From contig CBDDTI010000582.1 in assembly GCA_965233585.1 (NCBI GenBank), forward strand, positions 1-12,378: a DNA stretch of 12,378 nt. The letters run 5' to 3'. Source of the stretch: a bacterium. GTDB lineage: Bacteria > SAR324 > NAC60-12. Position 1 is the first letter of the stretch; each line of letters starts with the position of its first letter. Made by a program: the position numbers and the translations under genes. A model generated the notes under the pieces. It made no database searches. It had not been told where the DNA came from and was given only the letters and a program-made list of their open reading frames with translations. Shown here one piece after another: positions 8,282 to 12,378 of the stretch.

Positions 8282-9085
8282 GGCCAGCCCATCAGGCTAG
8301 GGCTTATCTCCAGTAAATCTCCAGTTTCTATGGCATGAAGTGACAAGAATTCTTTCTACATGTAATCATGGCTGTCAGTAAGGGCCATTAACCCATAACA
8401 ACTTCTAATTAACAATTAGATTATGAGCTTGAGATTCTATCGGGTGATAGTTGATGAGGGCACAGCCCGAGTCGACTATCCCGCGATAGAAATCGAGAGC
8501 GAATAATCTAATTGTGTTAGTATAAGTCTACTAGCCATTCAAAACTTTCATCTAAATTCTCTTCACAGACACTTCGAAAACACGAAAAAGCGGCCTCCAG
8601 TGCACGCTGCTACGCTACTCACCATTTATCGCAGAATAGAACATGAGTAGCGTAGCCAATCACAGGATGGCATTTGTGATAGAACGCTAGTAGATTTATA
8701 CTAAGACTGACTATGTTTGATGAGCCCTTGAAACTATGGGTGAACTTGCCTATAGTTGATACTTGTAATTCACCCAAAAAGTATCAAGTTTGTTATGGAT
8801 GTGAAGATCAAGGCTACAGGTGAATCAAAACTTAATGACATTCTCGGCACTAGTGCTTACTCCCCCTGGATGCAATGCCAGTCCATAACATGATTACCCT
8901 CCAGCATTGAACTTACTGGCACCTGGGGAGAGAGGAGCTGTGAGAGTAATAATTACTCCAACTGCTCTTAATAATATTATTATTAAAAACGCCTTACTCA
9001 AGAACGTAACACAGTAACCTCTTCAAGGGTGAAACCTAGACTGTACGATCCAAAAGTGCAGCACAGTTATCATTAGGCCTATGGG
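8282..9085 (-). mobile_element. Degenerate tRNA-derived SINE split by an insertion of about 500 bp
   Basis: Segments 8282-8358 (GCCCATCAGGCTAGGGCTTATCTCCAG...GCATGAAGTGAC) and 8856-9085 (TACTCCCCCTGGATG...GAGAGAGGAGCTGTGAGAGTAA...CAAGAACGTAACACA..., then a decayed tRNA head) follow a common cnidarian SINE2 consensus as I recall it. Confidence 0.65.
8406..8704. mobile_element. Palindrome-rich non-autonomous element inserted within the SINE
   Basis: Imperfect palindrome of about 105 bp (8411-8515); 18-bp IR TTAGTATAAGTCTACTAG (8517-8534) / CTAGTAGATTTATACTAA (8687-8704); inner IR GCTACGCTACTCA / TGAGTAGCGTAGC. Confidence 0.7.
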
Positions 9086-9173
9086 CTTGCCATGATATTG
9101 ATAATGATACATATGATGCAATGCTGTTAAAACTATTGCTGTGCATGTAGTCATTCTATTCTGTCTTGTTTAG

Positions 9174-9269
9174 AACACCATAAGAATGTCTTGTCTGATT
9201 CTTGGAGACTGAATCAGTTGGACAAATCTTCGGTTAATCCATCTCATCCTTACAGTAAATTTGGTTCAG
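9174..9269 (+). CDS. IDE: IDE coding exon 6
   Basis: TTTAG acceptor; (E)[31 protein letters not shown](G); GTAAAC donor; 96 nt. Confidence 0.96.
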
Positions 9270-9673
9270 GTAAACTCTCCTTTTTTAAAAAACATATCAA
9301 GCTTTTATAATTAAAAATGAATTTCATGAAAACCAGGCTTTTCTTCAGACAAATTGCACTCATAATCCCCAAGGGTGTATTTTCTCATTTGCAATGATGA
9401 TTTTTAGCCATTCCCTTGAAATGTTTAGTGTTGTTTAGCATGTTTGATATTACATGTAATTGTAAGAAATAAAAACGTTTTGCTGGTGACAGCATACTTT
9501 CAGTTGATTTTATGCTGTATAAGAGGTGAAAATAAGGCATTTTAGCAGCTATTTCTCTGCCATTTTGGTCAATCAAGGTACATGTATGCAATATTATAAT
9601 ATTATTATATTGCTTTTTCTGTCAGTATATTTTTCTTGTGCTCACAACTCTTTTTGAATGATCCCATGTGTAG

Positions 9674-9796
9674 GTAACAAGCTGACTCTTGAAACCAGAC
9701 CAAAGGAGAAAGGCCTCAGTGTTCGCGATGAACTACTCAAATTTCACAGTTCATCCTACTCTGCCAATATCATGGCATTGGCTGTTCTAGGCCGAG
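9674..9796 (+). CDS. IDE: IDE coding exon 7
   Basis: TGTAG acceptor; (G)[40 protein letters not shown](E); GTATAG donor; 123 nt. Confidence 0.96.
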
Positions 9797-10120
9797 GTAT
9801 AGTATGGTTTACTCATTCAGTAACAAGTTAGAATATTTATTAAATAGATTAAATGTAATACAAGAGATGTAACAGTAAGTACAGTCTATTAAATAGCTAT
9901 TGAATATAAAACAGTGTGCTAGAAATTTAAGGAAACTTTGGTGAGAGTTAGTCCACTGGTCGCCAAGTTACAGCAATACTGTTATACATGTGTGGCACAT
10001 TCTAGTAGGAATGTTCAAATAAATGATTGAAAATACGTGATTCGTCAGTACATGTTTCAAAAATTAAAACTCTATTAATAAATCTATTTAACAATCATAC
10101 ACATTATTTTCTTTTCTCAG

Positions 10121-10233
10121 AATCACTTGATGACTTGACAAACCTGGTAATAAAGCTGTTTTCAGACGCTGTGGATAAAACTGTCATCATTCCTGAGTTT
10201 CCTGATCACCCTTATAGTGATGAACATTTGCAG
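10121..10233 (+). CDS. IDE: IDE coding exon 8
   Basis: TTTTCTCAG acceptor; (E)[43 protein letters not shown] donor; 113 nt. Confidence 0.96.
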
Positions 10234-10319
10234 GTGAGAAAGAAACCAGGAGAAGGAATTATAACACTATAACTTTGTGGTGTACTTTGACAGTTTGTAA
10301 GTCTGTAAGTAGATTAGAT

Positions 10320-10575
10320 TGGGAAAAATTCTGAAAATTTTCCAAAAAGGGACAATTGGTATGCAAATTATGTCCTGGGATTTTTTAGTTTTCAGACAAC
10401 ACGAAAATTGTGGAAATTTCTGAAAAGCAAACCATTTAACTAAACATTCTGGGAGGAAAATCAAGTAGAGTGAAAATTCCTGGTAAGAAACTTCTAAACA
10501 TTTGGGTATAGTCCTACCTGGTGAGGTTGTCATTTTTTCTGAAAACTTCTGGAAATTCAAACCTGAATTTTGAAT
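10320..10575. mobile_element. Decayed MITE, possibly related to the 3733-4452 element
   Basis: Repeated GGAAAATTYYY/GAAATTTC motifs; the end GGAAATTCAAACCTGAATTTTG resembles 4406-4434. Confidence 0.4.
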
Positions 10576-10759
10576 CTTCATATGACAAATAAAACAAAAA
10601 TAATGATTGTGGTAATCATACTGTAATAATTTCTCCTCATCATCACTCCACATTATTTTCATTGTTTGCAGCATTATTTATATATTTATCTTGTTTAATT
10701 CAAAACATTTTAATATCAATTTAAAAATCTAATTTGGTGATGTATTATTTCCTTTGAAG

Positions 10760-10849
10760 GTAGAATTTAAAGTAGTACCAATCAAAGATATAAAACACCT
10801 AAACATTTCATTCCCCATCCCTGATGTTAACCCACACTATGATAGTAAG
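10760..10849 (+). CDS. IDE: IDE coding exon 9
   Basis: TTTGAAG acceptor; VEFKVVPIKDIKHLNISFPIPDVNPHYDSK; GTAAGC donor; 90 nt. Confidence 0.94.
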
Positions 10850-11100
10850 GTAAGCATAACAAAAAAGGTGTGTAATCTGTTTAGTTCTAAGCATGTCCAA
10901 GACAAATGCATGAACTACGCCATCAAAAAGTTGTCTGAGGTAAAACCAAATCATCCCAAACTATAAATAACAATCATCACGACACTGTCTACTTTGCCAT
11001 AACTAGTTTGCTGTTGGAGTCAGTGTTTATCTTCATTGGTTATGGTATTAATTTATATATAAATGAAAGGTGAATTATTTCTAATTATCTTTAAGTTAGC

Positions 11101-11226
11101 TTAATCCTCTTTGCTCCTCATGAGGCATAAAGCTTCCACCATAGCCCTCCATCAGGTTCTGTTGTTGGCAATCATTTCAGCATCACCTCAGGTGCTCCCA
11201 GTACTCTCCAGTTCCTTCATCATCAT
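11101..11226 (-). pseudogene. Fossil 3' end of an RTE-clade non-LTR retrotransposon ORF
   Basis: Minus-strand translation MMMKELESTGST*GDAEMIANNRT*WRAMVEALCLMRSKED* fits the RTE C-terminal pattern (W..A...A.DR..WR..V.ALC). It has two internal TGA stops and a short TAAG-like tail. Confidence 0.75.
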
Positions 11227-11232
11227 GTGTAT

Positions 11233-11650
11233 ACTGACAATCGTAGTGGAGCTCCAGTGGCCCAAAGGGCCGCTAAGTAGAGCCCCATACCCATATAGAA
11301 AAAAAAACCCATGAAACCCAGGAAACCCATGAATTGATTTTCTCGTGGTTATCATGGCTAGCGGTATTGCTCGTGGTCACGCACAACAGCGGCAATGACG
11401 GTAAAGTCATGCAAGATGTCAGCCATCCTCCAAATAATAGATTGACAGAGACATGCAGCCTTAGCTTACCTTGTACTTCTTTGATACTGGCATCATGTTA
11501 TGATCAATTGACACCTGTCAAATCAAGTTATCCACTGACCAGTACCCTGTGACCATATTATGGACTCAAGTTTATAGCTTGTTGAGGTCATGTGTTTTTA
11601 TAAAAGTTGACCTCTGACCAAGTGCTGGTTTTCAAGTGGATCAGGGGCTC
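11233..11650. repeat. Degenerate interspersed repeat with a terminal hairpin
   Basis: Imperfect hairpin GTGGAGCTCCAGTGGCCC-AAA-GGGCCGCTAAGTAGAGCCCCAT at about 11246-11288; resembles a Helentron-like family (recall); boundaries approximate. Confidence 0.4.
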
Positions 11651-11672
11651 ATGTCAGGTAAAATTGTTGAAA

Positions 11673-11905
11673 ACAGAGCTGGGTTGTTCAGAAGCCTGTT
11701 AACTCTAATCCTGGTTTAAAAGTAAATAAAATTTTGACTGTTTCTTATATAGAATTTTTTTTGGCAGCTTTTGTTTTGTGTATTGGTTTTGTGATTATTA
11801 AGCTCAAAATAGAAGGCTTAACAATATACAGAAATCCTTGTGCCGCAAAGTTACAAAACTCAAATCAAAATTCAACCTTATCCTGGGTTGGCCTAATTGG
11901 GCTAC
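11673..11905. mobile_element. Decayed Harbinger-like MITE
   Basis: CAGAGCTGGGTTGTTCAGAAGCCTGTTAACTCTAATCCTGGTTTAA at left is loosely mirrored by TTATCCTGGGTTGGCCTAATTGGGCT at right. Confidence 0.5.
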
Positions 11906-11960
11906 AGGAGCTCCCCTTTTAGGGTGACCTAAATCTCTATGTTATCGTTTTAATCTGCAG

Positions 11961-12033
11961 CCTTGTCATTATATATCTCACCTCCTTGGCCATGAGGGTA
12001 AAGGAAGTTTACTTTCAGAACTCAAAACAAGAG
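11961..12033 (+). CDS. IDE: IDE coding exon 10 (exosite GHEG motif)
   Basis: CTGCAG acceptor; [24 protein letters not shown](G); GTGAGG donor; 73 nt. Confidence 0.96.
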
Positions 12034-12216
12034 GTGAGGAGCTCAAACCATAAGTAGTAAGCTACCAAGTAGTAAGCTTGCTCTTGCCTTTAATACCAGC
12101 CAATACACATGTACGTCCATGCAGCTCCCTCTTGGTTTTGTACAATAATTATAATACTTGCCTGCACAGTCCAGTGGTGTATATTTTTTCACAAATGCCA
12201 ACCTTTGTCACAACAG

Positions 12217-12309
12217 GCTGGGTAAATGAACTTGTTGCGGGAGGAGCTGGTGGAGCAAAAGGATTTATGTTCTTCATCTGTAACATGGAACTCACTACTG
12301 AGGGTCTAG
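12217..12309 (+). CDS. IDE: IDE coding exon 11; gene continues beyond the window
   Basis: CAACAG acceptor; (G)WVNELVAGGAGGAKGFMFFICNMELTTEGL; GTAAGT donor; 93 nt. Confidence 0.95.
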
Positions 12310-12378
12310 GTAAGTTTTATTTTTTTAGTACCTGCATGACAAACAGTCTACTGAGGGTCGAGGTAAGTTTTATTTTTT
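12295..12378 (+). repeat. 53-bp-period duplication of the exon 11 end and its splice donor
   Basis: CTACTGAGGGTCTAGGTAAGTTTTATTTTTT at 12295 is repeated as CTACTGAGGGTCGAGGTAAGTTTTATTTTTT at 12348 (1 mismatch in 31); it runs to the window edge. Confidence 0.9.

Noticed and set aside
10267..10674. 135-aa minus-strand ORF
   Set aside because: Overlaps a decayed repeat in an IDE intron; no recognisable motif.
1..12378. A novel prokaryote-style system (defence island, CRISPR, operon)
   Set aside because: The window is well explained by two spliced eukaryotic housekeeping genes plus intronic TEs.

Overview
Intron-rich, AT-rich animal genomic DNA; the repeat families resemble those of stony corals/cnidarians (inference from recall, unverified). 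Two conserved genes lie head-to-head with start codons 471 bp apart. The minus strand carries the first two coding exons of GINS4/SLD5 (1745-1632, 1223-1137), the second ending in a non-canonical GC donor. The plus strand carries 11 coding exons (2217-12309, 1024 nt, about 341 codons) of insulin-degrading enzyme (IDE, peptidase M16A), including the HFCEH zinc motif and a 27-nt microexon; both genes continue beyond the window. The shared promoter is strikingly symmetric: doubled YY1-type ATGGCGGC motifs point outward on each side of a tandem E2F site. The introns are full of non-autonomous TEs: a Kolobok-like element with a nested Helentron-like insert, several MITEs, an interrupted tRNA-derived SINE, LINE 3' fossils, and a TIR element carrying a tRNA-like head plus telomere-like repeats. 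Most ORFs in the supplied track are spurious. I see no convincing novel multi-gene system; the oddities are regulatory, splicing and TE-structural.
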